This document shows positions 1 through 8,965 of a DNA stretch of 64,000 nt, piece by piece. Each line of letters opens with the position of its first letter. The stretch's first letter is position 1. The notes under the pieces are model-generated. The model was not told where the DNA came from, ran no database searches, and saw only the letters and a program-made list of their open reading frames with translations. Both the position numbers and the translations under genes were made by a program. This stretch comes from Candidatus Spongiisociaceae bacterium (GTDB lineage: Bacteria; Actinomycetota; Acidimicrobiia; Spongiisociales; Spongiisociaceae). The DNA is taken from assembly GCA_965219685.1 (NCBI GenBank), contig CBDCOH010000002.1, positions 2,176,001-2,240,000 of the forward strand, given 5' to 3'.

Positions 1-1
1 T

Positions 2-622
2 CTTGGCGTCGGGGTTCACCTCCTGAACACCCAACGCAAACCCGTTCAGATGCTTGACCACGCCCTCGAGCGGGAAACCGAGCACAGCGCCTATCACGTT
101 CGTTTCGGTGATGGCGCCAGCGATCATGCCGTCCACGTACCGTCCCTCCTCGGAGGCGATGTCGAATGCTGCCGAGTTCTCCGCGTTCTCGTACCCGCCC
201 CAATGGAGGAACACGGTGTCCGGGTACTGGGGAGCTACCTCAAGGATGTCGGGTTGGAAGAAGCTCGTCAGCACGACGATGTCATAGCCATCCTCCGCAA
301 GCTCGGCCATCGCAGCCTGGCCGGGCTGTCCGGGCAGGATCTGCTCTACGTTGACAGTCTCGATCCCGGGAAGGTGCTCCTCCACATATTGGCGCGCGCG
401 GTCGTGACCTTGCCCCCAACCGCCGACGATACCGCCGTCGTAGATCCAAGCCATCCTGAGGCCCTCACCAGGCATAGCCGCCTCAGTGGTCGTCGGGGCC
501 TGGGTCGTAGGTGCCTGCGTCGTCGGCGCCTGAGTAGTCTCAACTTCATCGTCGCCACAAGCGACTGCGACGAGCATCAAGACCACGGCCACAACGAGCA
601 TCTTGAACATCCGGTGAATCAT
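2..622 (-). CDS. BMP-family ABC transporter substrate-binding lipoprotein (runs off left edge)
   Basis: Not in the ORF track because it is truncated. Manual translation from ATG 622 (RBS GGAGGAG): MIHRMFKMLVVAVVLMLVAVAC lipobox, a TTQAP x3 linker, then WGQGHDRAR...GYDIVVLTSF...GRYVDGMIAGAITETNVIG, which is a BMP/PnrA pattern. Confidence 0.88.
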   Translation of the reverse strand, partial: MIHRMFKMLVVAVVLMLVAVACGDDEVETTQAPTTQAPTTQAPTTTEAAMPGEGLRMAWIYDGGIVGGWGQGHDRARQYVEEHLPGIETVNVEQILPGQPGQAAMAELAEDGYDIVVLTSFFQPDILEVAPQYPDTVFLHWGGYENAENSAAFDIASEEGRYVDGMIAGAITETNVIGAVLGFPLEGVVKHLNGFALGVQEVNPDAK

Positions 623-1019
623 GCTGACTCCTCCCTGCTGTGAGCCTGCAGCACGTACCGCCGTGGAGTCGTGTCGGCAGGTTCCTCAAGAATCCGACAC
701 TAGCAACAGCACGTCGAGAATGACCCCCCGTTATCCGGCAGATCAAACCCGGCGAATTCCCATACGCCATTGGTGAGTGTACGGAGGCTCGATAGGGTTG
801 CCGTTCGTGTCACCCGCGTCGCGCTGGAGGAACAGGCGATGAGGGGCCAGACCCAATCCAGTGTTCTGTCACGGATTCCAGCAGGGATTCCGATCTCGGC
901 CGGTGCAGGCAAACGGCGCCCTGATATGCTCGCCCGAAGCCGGTCATGTCTCGTTCCGGTCCCGACTCCGGTGTCGTCAGCGACCGGAACTGGCTCCTGG
1001 ACGGAGGAGGTTGGCTGCG

Positions 1020-2075
1020 ATGACAAACCACGTCGACCTGCCGGATAGCTCAGTCCGTAACCAACTCGACGTAGACACCGAACTGCGCCTCTATGCCGCT
1101 ATGCGGAACTTCTGGCACCCGGTCATGTACTCGGACGACCTCGGCAACGACCCACAAGCAGCCGTCCTGCTGGGCGAACAAATCGTACTCGCACGTATGG
1201 AGGGCGAGGTGCGGTGCTTTCGCGATCTGTGTTGCCACCGGGGAGCTGCTCTGTCGCTCGGCTGGAACGAGGGGAACCAACTGCGTTGCCTCTATCACGG
1301 ATGGACCTATGGGGTCGACGGTGTCTGCACCTCCATCCCGGCTCGATTCGGTCTTAGGATCCCGACCCGGGCGAGGTTGCAGGCCTTCAGCGTCCGTGAG
1401 GAGGGAGGTCTGATCTGGGTTTGCCTGGCCGACCGACCGATGTTCCATGTCCCCGAGTTCCCGGAGTACAAGGATCCGGAGTTCAAAGTGCTCCGGGGAC
1501 CGTTCTATGACTGGAAGACGAGCGCCCACCGCCGTCTCGAAAACTTCATGGACTTTGCCCACTTCGCCTACGTCCACGACGGTGTGCTCGGCAGCAGGGA
1601 CGATCCCGAGGTCCCAGAACACGACGTTTGGAAGGCAACCGACTCGGAACTCGCTTTCTATCGAACTGTCAAGGAACCGATCGAGGGCCTCACCGGCTAC
1701 GCGTCGGATGAACCACTCGTCGACGTCGACTACACCTACCGGCTGACGATGCCGATCAGCATCCACTTCGACCGGCACTACCTTCCTGGCGAGTCGCGCT
1801 ACGTGCTCTTTTTGGCCTGTTCGCCGGTCGGTCCCAAGCGTGTCCGGTCGTTCTGGTTCTTGGCCAGGAACTATGCCCTCGACGCAGACGACCAGGAGTT
1901 CCTGGGCTTCGAACGTTTCGTCCAGGAGCAGGACCGCCCTGTCGTCGAGAGTCAACGACCCGAGATGCTCCCATATGATCTCACTGCCGAGCTACATGTG
2001 AGAGCAGCCGACAAGGTCTCCGTTGCCTACCGCCGATGGCTGGTCGAGTTGACGAACGAACTCAACCCAGCCTGA
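1020..2075 (+). CDS. Rieske non-heme iron oxygenase alpha subunit, VanA/NdmA-like (paralog 1)
   Basis: Rieske motif CCHRG...CLYHGW; Fe site ENFMDFAHFAYVH; C-terminal ADKVSVAYRRWL. ATG 1020 follows GGAGGAGG, so it is preferred over the ORF-track start 861. Confidence 0.92.
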   Translation: MTNHVDLPDSSVRNQLDVDTELRLYAAMRNFWHPVMYSDDLGNDPQAAVLLGEQIVLARMEGEVRCFRDLCCHRGAALSLGWNEGNQLRCLYHGWTYGVDGVCTSIPARFGLRIPTRARLQAFSVREEGGLIWVCLADRPMFHVPEFPEYKDPEFKVLRGPFYDWKTSAHRRLENFMDFAHFAYVHDGVLGSRDDPEVPEHDVWKATDSELAFYRTVKEPIEGLTGYASDEPLVDVDYTYRLTMPISIHFDRHYLPGESRYVLFLACSPVGPKRVRSFWFLARNYALDADDQEFLGFERFVQEQDRPVVESQRPEMLPYDLTAELHVRAADKVSVAYRRWLVELTNELNPA

Positions 2076-2119
2076 GCCTCCCAAGATCGGATCCTTATCC
2101 GGCATCTAAGACTGCGCCA

Positions 2120-2293
2120 TCCGCTTACGCGAGCAACGGCCGGATGGGGGTCGGCCGGCAGCCGTACCGAACCTCCGTCAACGCTCCATACATGTGCGGC
2201 TCATGCTGTCAGCCCGGCGGGTCGATCACGTTCGCTCCCGGTTATAACGCGGTGAACGTGATCGCCGAGGATCTAGGCCTCAAGCGCTGGTGA
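2120..2293 (+). pseudogene. 3' relic of a phytoene-dehydrogenase-like FAD oxidoreductase
   Basis: YRTSVNAPYMCGSCCQPGGSITFAPGYNAVNVIAEDLGLKRW* aligns with the C-terminus of 50856..52460 (YRTPIEGLYMCGSACHPGGSIHFGPGYNAANVIVEDLGLRRWW). No N-terminal part is present. Confidence 0.85.
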
Positions 2294-2377
2294 GCCAAGC
2301 CGAGCTTCCTGGAAGGGTACGGGTTCTTCGAGGACTGGTAGCCGCTCCGCCACCGCCGGTCGCGATAGAGGTCTCGT

Positions 2378-2392
2378 TCTCACGATACGAAA
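2378..2392. promoter_or_regulatory. Candidate IclR-type operator (TCTCAC-N5-GAAA)
   Basis: Similar 15-mers at 8779 and 21071, each upstream of an operon; an IclR gene lies in the downstream operon. Confidence 0.35.
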
Positions 2393-2473
2393 TGATGCTT
2401 TCGGTCTACGGTAGAACAGATGTAGGCTGCCCTCGACAACGTCTGCAGGCGCGCTACGACTCTCGAGGGAAAT

Positions 2474-3922
2474 ATGACGACTCCATCAGTTCTTTCCAAG
2501 ACCGAACTGCCCCTTCGGCCCGACGTGGTGGCAGCCGGCGAGACGCTATCCGGAGATCCCTTGGAGGTACGGTCTCCCTGGGATGGCTCCCTCGTAGGAC
2601 TCGTGCCGACCGGCGGCCGATCGGAGACGGCGGACGCTATAGACGCGGCTCACCAGGCGACCCGTTCGCCCCTTCCGGCCTACCGCCGGGCCGAGATCCT
2701 TGACGGGGCAGCCGCCGGTATCGAAGCCAATCGGGACGCCTTCGCCCGCATACTGGCGCTTGAAATAGGAAAGCCTGTGAGCCAGGCGTTGGTCGAGGTC
2801 GACCGGTGTGTCCAGACCTTCAGGTTCTCGGCGGCCGAAGCCCGCACCCTGACCGGGACCGGCGTCGCCTTCGACGCCCATCCTGCGGGCGTGGGGCATC
2901 GCGGCTTCACCATCCGGGTTCCGATCGGGGTCATAGCCGCGATTACTCCGTTCAACTTCCCGCTGAACCTGGCGGCTCACAAGATAGGTCCAGCAATAGC
3001 GACCGGATGCGGCGTGGTGCTGAAGCCGTCACGGGATGCTCCGCTGGCGGCCACCGCGCTGGCCGGCCTTCTCTACGAGGCCGGCCTTCCCAGGGAAGCC
3101 CTGTCGGTCGTAGTGGGCTCCTCGTCGGAGATCGGTGACGTTCTCATCGCTGACCAGCGCGTGGGAATGATCACCTTCACCGGTTCGAGCGAGGTCGGTT
3201 GGCAACTGGCGGCCAGAGCTCCGCAGAAGCGCGTCAGTCTCGAACTCGGCAACTCCACGCCGCTCGTCGTGTGCGCGGACGCCGATCTGGCCGCGGCAGC
3301 CGGGTCGGTGGCTGCGAGCGGGTTCGCCTTCGCCGGACAGTCCTGCATTTCGGTGCAGCGGGTCATCGTCGAGGAGTCGGTCCACAGCCGCTTCGTCGAC
3401 GAACTGGTCGGAGCGAGCGCCGGCAAGATCCTCGGGGACCCGACAGACCCGGACACGTTCGTAGGGCCCCTCATCAACAGCAGCGCCCGCGAACGTGTCG
3501 CCGCATGGATCGAGGAAGCACAGGAAAGCGGCGCGACGCCCTTGGTCGACTCCACCAACGGTGGGCTCCACCTCGGTCCGACCGTGCTGGATGATGTCGA
3601 TACGGCGAGTCGGGTCTGGCAGGACGAGGTGTTCGGCCCGGTTGTCGGCATCCGGACCTTCTCTCGCTTCTCCGAGGCCATCGAGGCTGCCAACGCCACC
3701 GAGTACGGACTCCAGGCGGGCATCTTCACGACGGACATCCGCAAGGCGCTCGACGCGGCCGAGCAACTCGACTTCGGCGGTGTGACGATCAACGAGACGC
3801 CGACCTTCCGGGTCGACCAGATGCCCTACGGAGGAACGAAGATATCCGGCAACACCAGGGAAGGTCCCAGATACTCCGTAAGGGAGATGACCGAGGAACG
3901 AGTGGTGGTGATCGGAGGATGA
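2474..3922 (+). CDS. NAD(P)-dependent aldehyde dehydrogenase
   Basis: ITPFNFP, FTGS, catalytic LELG and GQSCIS, EVFGPV. Confidence 0.95.
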   Translation: MTTPSVLSKTELPLRPDVVAAGETLSGDPLEVRSPWDGSLVGLVPTGGRSETADAIDAAHQATRSPLPAYRRAEILDGAAAGIEANRDAFARILALEIGKPVSQALVEVDRCVQTFRFSAAEARTLTGTGVAFDAHPAGVGHRGFTIRVPIGVIAAITPFNFPLNLAAHKIGPAIATGCGVVLKPSRDAPLAATALAGLLYEAGLPREALSVVVGSSSEIGDVLIADQRVGMITFTGSSEVGWQLAARAPQKRVSLELGNSTPLVVCADADLAAAAGSVAASGFAFAGQSCISVQRVIVEESVHSRFVDELVGASAGKILGDPTDPDTFVGPLINSSARERVAAWIEEAQESGATPLVDSTNGGLHLGPTVLDDVDTASRVWQDEVFGPVVGIRTFSRFSEAIEAANATEYGLQAGIFTTDIRKALDAAEQLDFGGVTINETPTFRVDQMPYGGTKISGNTREGPRYSVREMTEERVVVIGG

Positions 3923-4007
3923 CCTGACGGTTTCCGCCGCGTCCCGCAGCTCCCAGCTTGGAGATACCCTTTATCCCCAGGTCACCACGACCGGCTCGGG
4001 TCCCAGG

Positions 4008-4841
4008 GTGCTCGACCGGACGTTCGCGATCCTGCGCCTGTTCACGCCCGAACTCCCCGATTGGACCGTTACCGAGGCCGCCGATGCGCTGGATCTGCCC
4101 GTTCCTACCGTTCACCGCCTGCTGGCCGCTCTGCAGCACCACGGATACGTGGCAAGGGACGAGGTGTCCAAGCGGTACCGGCTCGGCGTCTCCGCGTTCG
4201 AACTGGGCAGGAGGGCAACCGCGTCGACCGACCTGCGGTCGGCCAGTCTGAAGGTTCTGGAGTCGATGGCCTCCGCCAGCGGCGAGACGGTACTGCTGAC
4301 GGCGATCGGTCCCGACCGGCGTACTTCGGTGTGTCTGGAACGGGTGGAGAGCAGGAACCCCCTTCGACTGTCGGTCGTTCCGGGGCTACGGGTTCCGCTC
4401 CACGCAGGGGCTTCCCAAAAGGCTCTGCTCGCCTACATGAGCGATGTCGACTTGCATGCGTTCATAGATGGTGGACTGCCGTCCCTATGCGATGCGACGA
4501 TCACCAACCCGGCTGCACTGAAGAAGGAACTCGAGGCGATACGCAGCCGGGGTTGGGCGACCTCCTACCAGGAGACGAACCTGGGCCTCTGGGGCATCGC
4601 CATCACGTTGCTCGATGCCGGGTCGAAGGCCGTGGCGGCGGTAGGGCTGGCCGGACCCAGGGCGCGCCTGCCGAAGTCGCGGATACCCGAGGTTCTCCAT
4701 GTACTGGACGAGGGTGCCCGCGCCATAGCTGCGAGCAGGGCCTTGACGACTTCGACCCAGTTGACGACAGGCGAATCGCCCCCAAGTGAAGCTCGAAGAG
4801 ATCCAGACCCGGAATACGTTCAAAAGGAGAAGGGCCGTTGA
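4008..4841 (+). CDS. IclR-family transcriptional regulator
   Basis: N-terminal HTH (LDRTFAILRLF...PVPTVHRLLAAL...GYV) and effector domain (PLHAGASQKALLAY, IRSRGWA). Confidence 0.93.
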   Translation: MLDRTFAILRLFTPELPDWTVTEAADALDLPVPTVHRLLAALQHHGYVARDEVSKRYRLGVSAFELGRRATASTDLRSASLKVLESMASASGETVLLTAIGPDRRTSVCLERVESRNPLRLSVVPGLRVPLHAGASQKALLAYMSDVDLHAFIDGGLPSLCDATITNPAALKKELEAIRSRGWATSYQETNLGLWGIAITLLDAGSKAVAAVGLAGPRARLPKSRIPEVLHVLDEGARAIAASRALTTSTQLTTGESPPSEARRDPDPEYVQKEKGR

Positions 4842-5668
4842 CGACATCAAGCCAGACACTTCTAGATTCGTCGGTACCGACATCGGCGCTGAGCGGGAAG
4901 GTTGCGGTAGTCACGGGAGCCGCAAAGGGACTCGGTGCCGCCATCACGCTCGACCTGGCGCGCCAGGGCGCGGACATCGCTCTCGCGGCAAGGGAGGAGG
5001 ATGCCCTGCGCCATCATGCCGACCGCCTCGACGCCGAGTACGGTCATCGCTCGTCACTCGTCGTCAGAACAGATGTTCTGTCCGAAACCGACGTGGAGAA
5101 TCTGGTGAAGGAGACAGTGAGCCGGTTCGGGGGCATCGACATCCTGGTCAACACAGCGGGTGGTACGGGACCGATCGAAACGCCGGCTCAGAACGTCGAC
5201 GTGCAGGCCTTCAGAGACATTCTTGAGCTGAACGTGCTGGGAACCTTCGTCGTGTGCAAGTACGCCATCCCCAGCATGATCGAACGTCGCGACGGCCGGA
5301 TCGTGAACATATCGGGCACGAGCGGGCTGCGAGGCTACATCAACCGCGCCGGCTACTCGTCGTCGAAGTGGGCGGTCCGGGGTCTCACCCGGACCCTGGC
5401 ACTCGAACTCGGCCAGTACGGCATCACGGTCAACGCGGTGTGTCCCAACGTCACGCACGGCGATCGCATGACGCGGATCGTCAACACCAAGGCCTCCACT
5501 CTGGGGGTTACCCCAGAGGAGGTATATGCCGACTTCGCGTCACAGACCGCTCTGGGCCGGTTCATCGACAGCGGCGACATCGCGGCCGCGGTCTCGTTCC
5601 TGGTGTCGAACGGCGCCCGCAACATTACGGGACATGACATAGTGGTAGATGCCGGCTGGGACGTGTGA
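4838..5668 (+). CDS. Short-chain dehydrogenase/reductase
   Basis: TGAAKGLG, YSSSK (YxxxK), ITGHDIVVDAG. Confidence 0.93.
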   Translation: MTTSSQTLLDSSVPTSALSGKVAVVTGAAKGLGAAITLDLARQGADIALAAREEDALRHHADRLDAEYGHRSSLVVRTDVLSETDVENLVKETVSRFGGIDILVNTAGGTGPIETPAQNVDVQAFRDILELNVLGTFVVCKYAIPSMIERRDGRIVNISGTSGLRGYINRAGYSSSKWAVRGLTRTLALELGQYGITVNAVCPNVTHGDRMTRIVNTKASTLGVTPEEVYADFASQTALGRFIDSGDIAAAVSFLVSNGARNITGHDIVVDAGWDV

Positions 5669-5702
5669 AGCGTTCGGGAGAGCCTTCACCCCGGGGGTCC
5701 GG

Positions 5703-6569
5703 GTGCGAGTAGCCGGTGTCCAGACCGGTCCGGTCGACGAGCGGCCAGCGGATGCGGTACGCACGGCATTCCGCCAACTCGGTGACACCACACCCGACCT
5801 GGTCGTCTTCCCCGAACTGTTCAGCCTGCCCTTCTGGTGCGTCGGTCACACCCGTCAGGACTTCTTCGCCTGGGCCGAGGACATCGAGGGGGAGACGCTG
5901 ACCACGGCCCGGGAGGAGGCCCGCGACCGTGGATGCCACGCGGTCGTGCCTTTCTTCGAACGGGGCGCCGTCGACGGGGTGTATTTCAACAGCGCAGCGG
6001 TGGTGGGACCGGACGGGGGCATCGTCCCTGGTGTACTGCCCACCGGTGAGGAAGTCCCTGTCTACAGGAAGAACGCCATCTCGTCCTACAACTGGAGCGG
6101 ATCGGTCAACGACGAGAAGTACTACTTCCGCCCCGGAGCCGGATACCCCGTCTTCACAACGAGCATCGGAAGGATCGGCGTGCTGATCTGCTACGACAGG
6201 TGGTTCGCCGAAGCATGGCGACTCCTTGGGCTCGCGGGAGCAGAAGTCATGTGCATCCCCAATGCCTCCAGCGGAACCGTATCAGGGTTGTTCATCCCCT
6301 CCATCAGGACCTGGTCCGCCCAGAACGTCGTCTTTTCGGTCGCCGTGAACCGCTCCGGCCAGGAGACAGTGAACGGTGTATCCACCGAGTTCTACGGTCT
6401 CAGTTGCGTGGCGTCCCCGCGCGGGAAGCTGCTGTCGGCCGCACCCGAGGGCGAGCCCGGTGTCACCTCTGCGACGATCGACCTCCGGGAAGTGGCCGCG
6501 GCCCGGATGGACCAGACCATGTATCGCGATCGGAGGCCCGAACTCTACGCTCCACTCGCCCGATCATGA
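5703..6569 (+). CDS. Carbon-nitrogen hydrolase (beta-ureidopropionase / N-carbamoylase-like)
   Basis: Nitrilase triad FPELF, YRK, ICYDRWF; also EKYYFRPG and YRDRRPELY. Start 5703 (GTG) is preferred; 5649 is the alternative. Confidence 0.9.
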   Translation: MRVAGVQTGPVDERPADAVRTAFRQLGDTTPDLVVFPELFSLPFWCVGHTRQDFFAWAEDIEGETLTTAREEARDRGCHAVVPFFERGAVDGVYFNSAAVVGPDGGIVPGVLPTGEEVPVYRKNAISSYNWSGSVNDEKYYFRPGAGYPVFTTSIGRIGVLICYDRWFAEAWRLLGLAGAEVMCIPNASSGTVSGLFIPSIRTWSAQNVVFSVAVNRSGQETVNGVSTEFYGLSCVASPRGKLLSAAPEGEPGVTSATIDLREVAAARMDQTMYRDRRPELYAPLARS

Positions 6570-7975
6570 GCATTGCCACCAGCCTGCGGGACGGGCTTGA
6601 CCTGCTCGACCGGAAAGGTGGCCTGGTCCGGATCGGTCGGCCCGTGGATCCGGTCGGCGAGGTGACCGCTGTGCTGACCGCCCTCGAGGAGCAAGGCAAC
6701 TGGTCGGCCGTGCTCTTCGAGTCGGTGAAAGGGTACGAGGGCTGGCGTATCGCCGGGTCGGTCTTCTCAGACCGGTCGAATATCGCGGCGATGCTAGGAG
6801 CAGACCGGGAGCGCCTGGTCGCGGAGTTGAGCGACCGCTTCGCCCACCCGATGCCCACGTCCGACACCACGTCAGCGCCTGTCCACGAGGTGGTCGTGAC
6901 CGGTGACGACGCCTCCCTTGATGACCTCCCGCTCGTCTGGCATCACGAACGGGACGCCAACCGGTACATCTCCATGGGGCTCACCTTCGTGAAGGATCCC
7001 GAGACCGGGAAGCGGAACGCCGGGATCTACCGGTTCATGCAGCGCGACGCCACCACCTTGGTTCCTTCGCTCACCTCAATCTCCAACATCGCGGACATAT
7101 TCCGTCGCCAGGAGGGGCGCGGTGAGCCTCTCGACATCGCCATCGTGCCGTCGGCTTCCCCGGCACTCACGTTGGCGGCCAGCTACAGGGCGGCCCTGGG
7201 AACCGACGAGTGCACACTCGCCGGGGGGCTCCAGCAGGCTCCGGTGGAAATGGTCCCGGCCCGAACCGTCGACGTGGAAGTGCCGGCAGACGCGGAACTG
7301 GTCATCGAGGCCCGCATACAACCCGGCGAACGACACCCGGAGGCCCCGTTCGCGGACATGTCCGGCTCCTACAGCCGCGTCAAGCAGGGCCCCCTGGTCG
7401 TCGTCAGTGCCATCACCCGGCGGAAAGACCCCATCCTCCAACTGGCCTTCTCCGGTCATGCCGACGCCACGAACATGGCGGCGATCGGCCACGAAGTAGC
7501 CATCTGGCGCGCGGTGCAGGCATCCTCTTCCAACGTGGTAGCGGTTCACGTCCCGGCCAGCGGATACGGCTTCCATTGTTACCTGGCCATCCGGAAGGAA
7601 CCGACAGTGGAGGGGGGCGAGCGAGGCGAGCAACGGAACGTGATGCTGGCCGCCTTGGGGGCGGTGCCGCAGCTCAAACTGGTAGTCGCCTTCGACCACG
7701 ACGTTGACATCTTCAACGAGCACCAGGTACTCGGGGCGCTGGCGCGACGCTTCCAAGCCATCGATCCGCGCACAGGACGCAGTCGCATAACGGTCATCGG
7801 AGACGCCAAGGGGGCCACCTACGATCCGAGCAGTTTTCATCGCGAGTACCCGAACTCGAAGCTGATGATCGACGCCACGATTCCCACCGATCTCGATCCT
7901 TCGGTCCGGGCCGCGTTCGAGGAAGCGAAACCCGGATGGCGCGACTCCATCGATCTGACCGAGTATTTCGGTTAG
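6566..7975 (+). CDS. UbiD-family (prFMN-dependent) decarboxylase
   Basis: ATGA overlap at 6566; motifs VLFESVKG, NAGIYR, VPADAELVIE, EAPFADMSGSY, DHDVDI, KLMIDAT. Confidence 0.9.
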   Translation: MSIATSLRDGLDLLDRKGGLVRIGRPVDPVGEVTAVLTALEEQGNWSAVLFESVKGYEGWRIAGSVFSDRSNIAAMLGADRERLVAELSDRFAHPMPTSDTTSAPVHEVVVTGDDASLDDLPLVWHHERDANRYISMGLTFVKDPETGKRNAGIYRFMQRDATTLVPSLTSISNIADIFRRQEGRGEPLDIAIVPSASPALTLAASYRAALGTDECTLAGGLQQAPVEMVPARTVDVEVPADAELVIEARIQPGERHPEAPFADMSGSYSRVKQGPLVVVSAITRRKDPILQLAFSGHADATNMAAIGHEVAIWRAVQASSSNVVAVHVPASGYGFHCYLAIRKEPTVEGGERGEQRNVMLAALGAVPQLKLVVAFDHDVDIFNEHQVLGALARRFQAIDPRTGRSRITVIGDAKGATYDPSSFHREYPNSKLMIDATIPTDLDPSVRAAFEEAKPGWRDSIDLTEYFG

Positions 7976-7999
7976 TTGTTAGTTGGTAGTTATTAGTTA
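7972..7999 (+). repeat. Heptamer tandem array (TTAGTTG-like x4)
   Basis: TTAGTTG TTAGTTG GTAGTTA TTAGTTA; the first unit contains the UbiD TAG stop. Confidence 0.85.
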
Positions 8000-8182
8000 T
8001 GATCGGGCGGTGGCCACCTCTGTCGCGGACAGCGGACATCAGCCGATGTCCATCGTTGGAGACGAGCTGCCGGGGCGATCAGGACGATTCGAGGTCCCAA
8101 GCCTGATGGTAAGAGTGCGAGAAGATGACGAGACGCTTCCAAGAACCCGCGCGGCGGGGATCGACCAGAGCGGGAGGGTGAC

Positions 8183-8713
8183 GTGCCGCCCTTGCGGGGA
8201 GACCTGATCCGCCTTCGCCTCGTACGCAGTGGCGACATCGATGATCTGCTCGATCTCCTCAACGACCTCGGCACGCGCGGTGCTCTGGGCCACTTTCTCA
8301 AGTCTGAGACCCACGTCCGGCACCGGTTCGAGCAGGACGGCTACTGGTCCGACAAGTCTGGAATGCTGCTCATGATCGATGCCGCCGCCGACATAGCAGG
8401 GTGGATATCGTTCACTCCCGTCGTCTTCTACTTCCACGGCTACGAAATCTCCTACCAGGTGTTCGGCGAGCGGCATTCCGGCAAGGGCTATGCAACCGAG
8501 GCTTTAGGTTTGCTCACCGATTATCTGTTCTCGACCAAGCTGATGCACCGGCTCCAACTCAGCATCAGGCCGGACAATCTCGCGTCGCGGCGGGTGGCGG
8601 AGAAGTGCGGTTATACGCAGGAGGGCGTGATGCGTTCGATCGCGTTCAGCCACGGCCGGTTTCACGACATGGAGCTATGGTCGATCACCCGCCAGATGCA
8701 CGAGGCGATGTGA
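8183..8713 (+). CDS. GNAT N-acetyltransferase, RimJ/RimL type
   Basis: SGKGYATEA, DNLASRRVAEKCGYTQEG. Confidence 0.88.
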   Translation: MPPLRGDLIRLRLVRSGDIDDLLDLLNDLGTRGALGHFLKSETHVRHRFEQDGYWSDKSGMLLMIDAAADIAGWISFTPVVFYFHGYEISYQVFGERHSGKGYATEALGLLTDYLFSTKLMHRLQLSIRPDNLASRRVAEKCGYTQEGVMRSIAFSHGRFHDMELWSITRQMHEAM

Positions 8714-8778
8714 TGGCCCTCAAGCAAGTGGCGCGTACCCAGGCAGGATGAGTGCGGGAGATCGCCATCGCACCTAGA

Positions 8779-8793
8779 TTCCACCATATGGAG
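8779..8793. promoter_or_regulatory. Candidate IclR-type operator (TTCCAC-N5-GGAG)
   Basis: Imperfect palindrome TTCCACCATATGGAG upstream of molybdoenzyme operon 1. Confidence 0.35.
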
Positions 8794-8965
8794 ATTATTC
8801 TCGAACGGTACCCTTTTCTGCTACCTTCACCCGCCATGCACGGCGACGGATCAGAGCCTTTGGGATCAGGTCAGGCACACAGGGCGGCGCGTCACCGCAG
8901 GTCCGTCACGCTCGCTTCCGGAACCGCCCACCCCACCGCCGGCCCGTAGCCGTAGGGGAGCAAGG

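Noticed and set aside
6200-6565. N-terminal extension of UbiD, and similar extensions at 10921, 34808 and 39470
   Set aside because: They overlap upstream genes in another frame; coupled ATGA/GTGA/TTGA starts explain the true boundaries.
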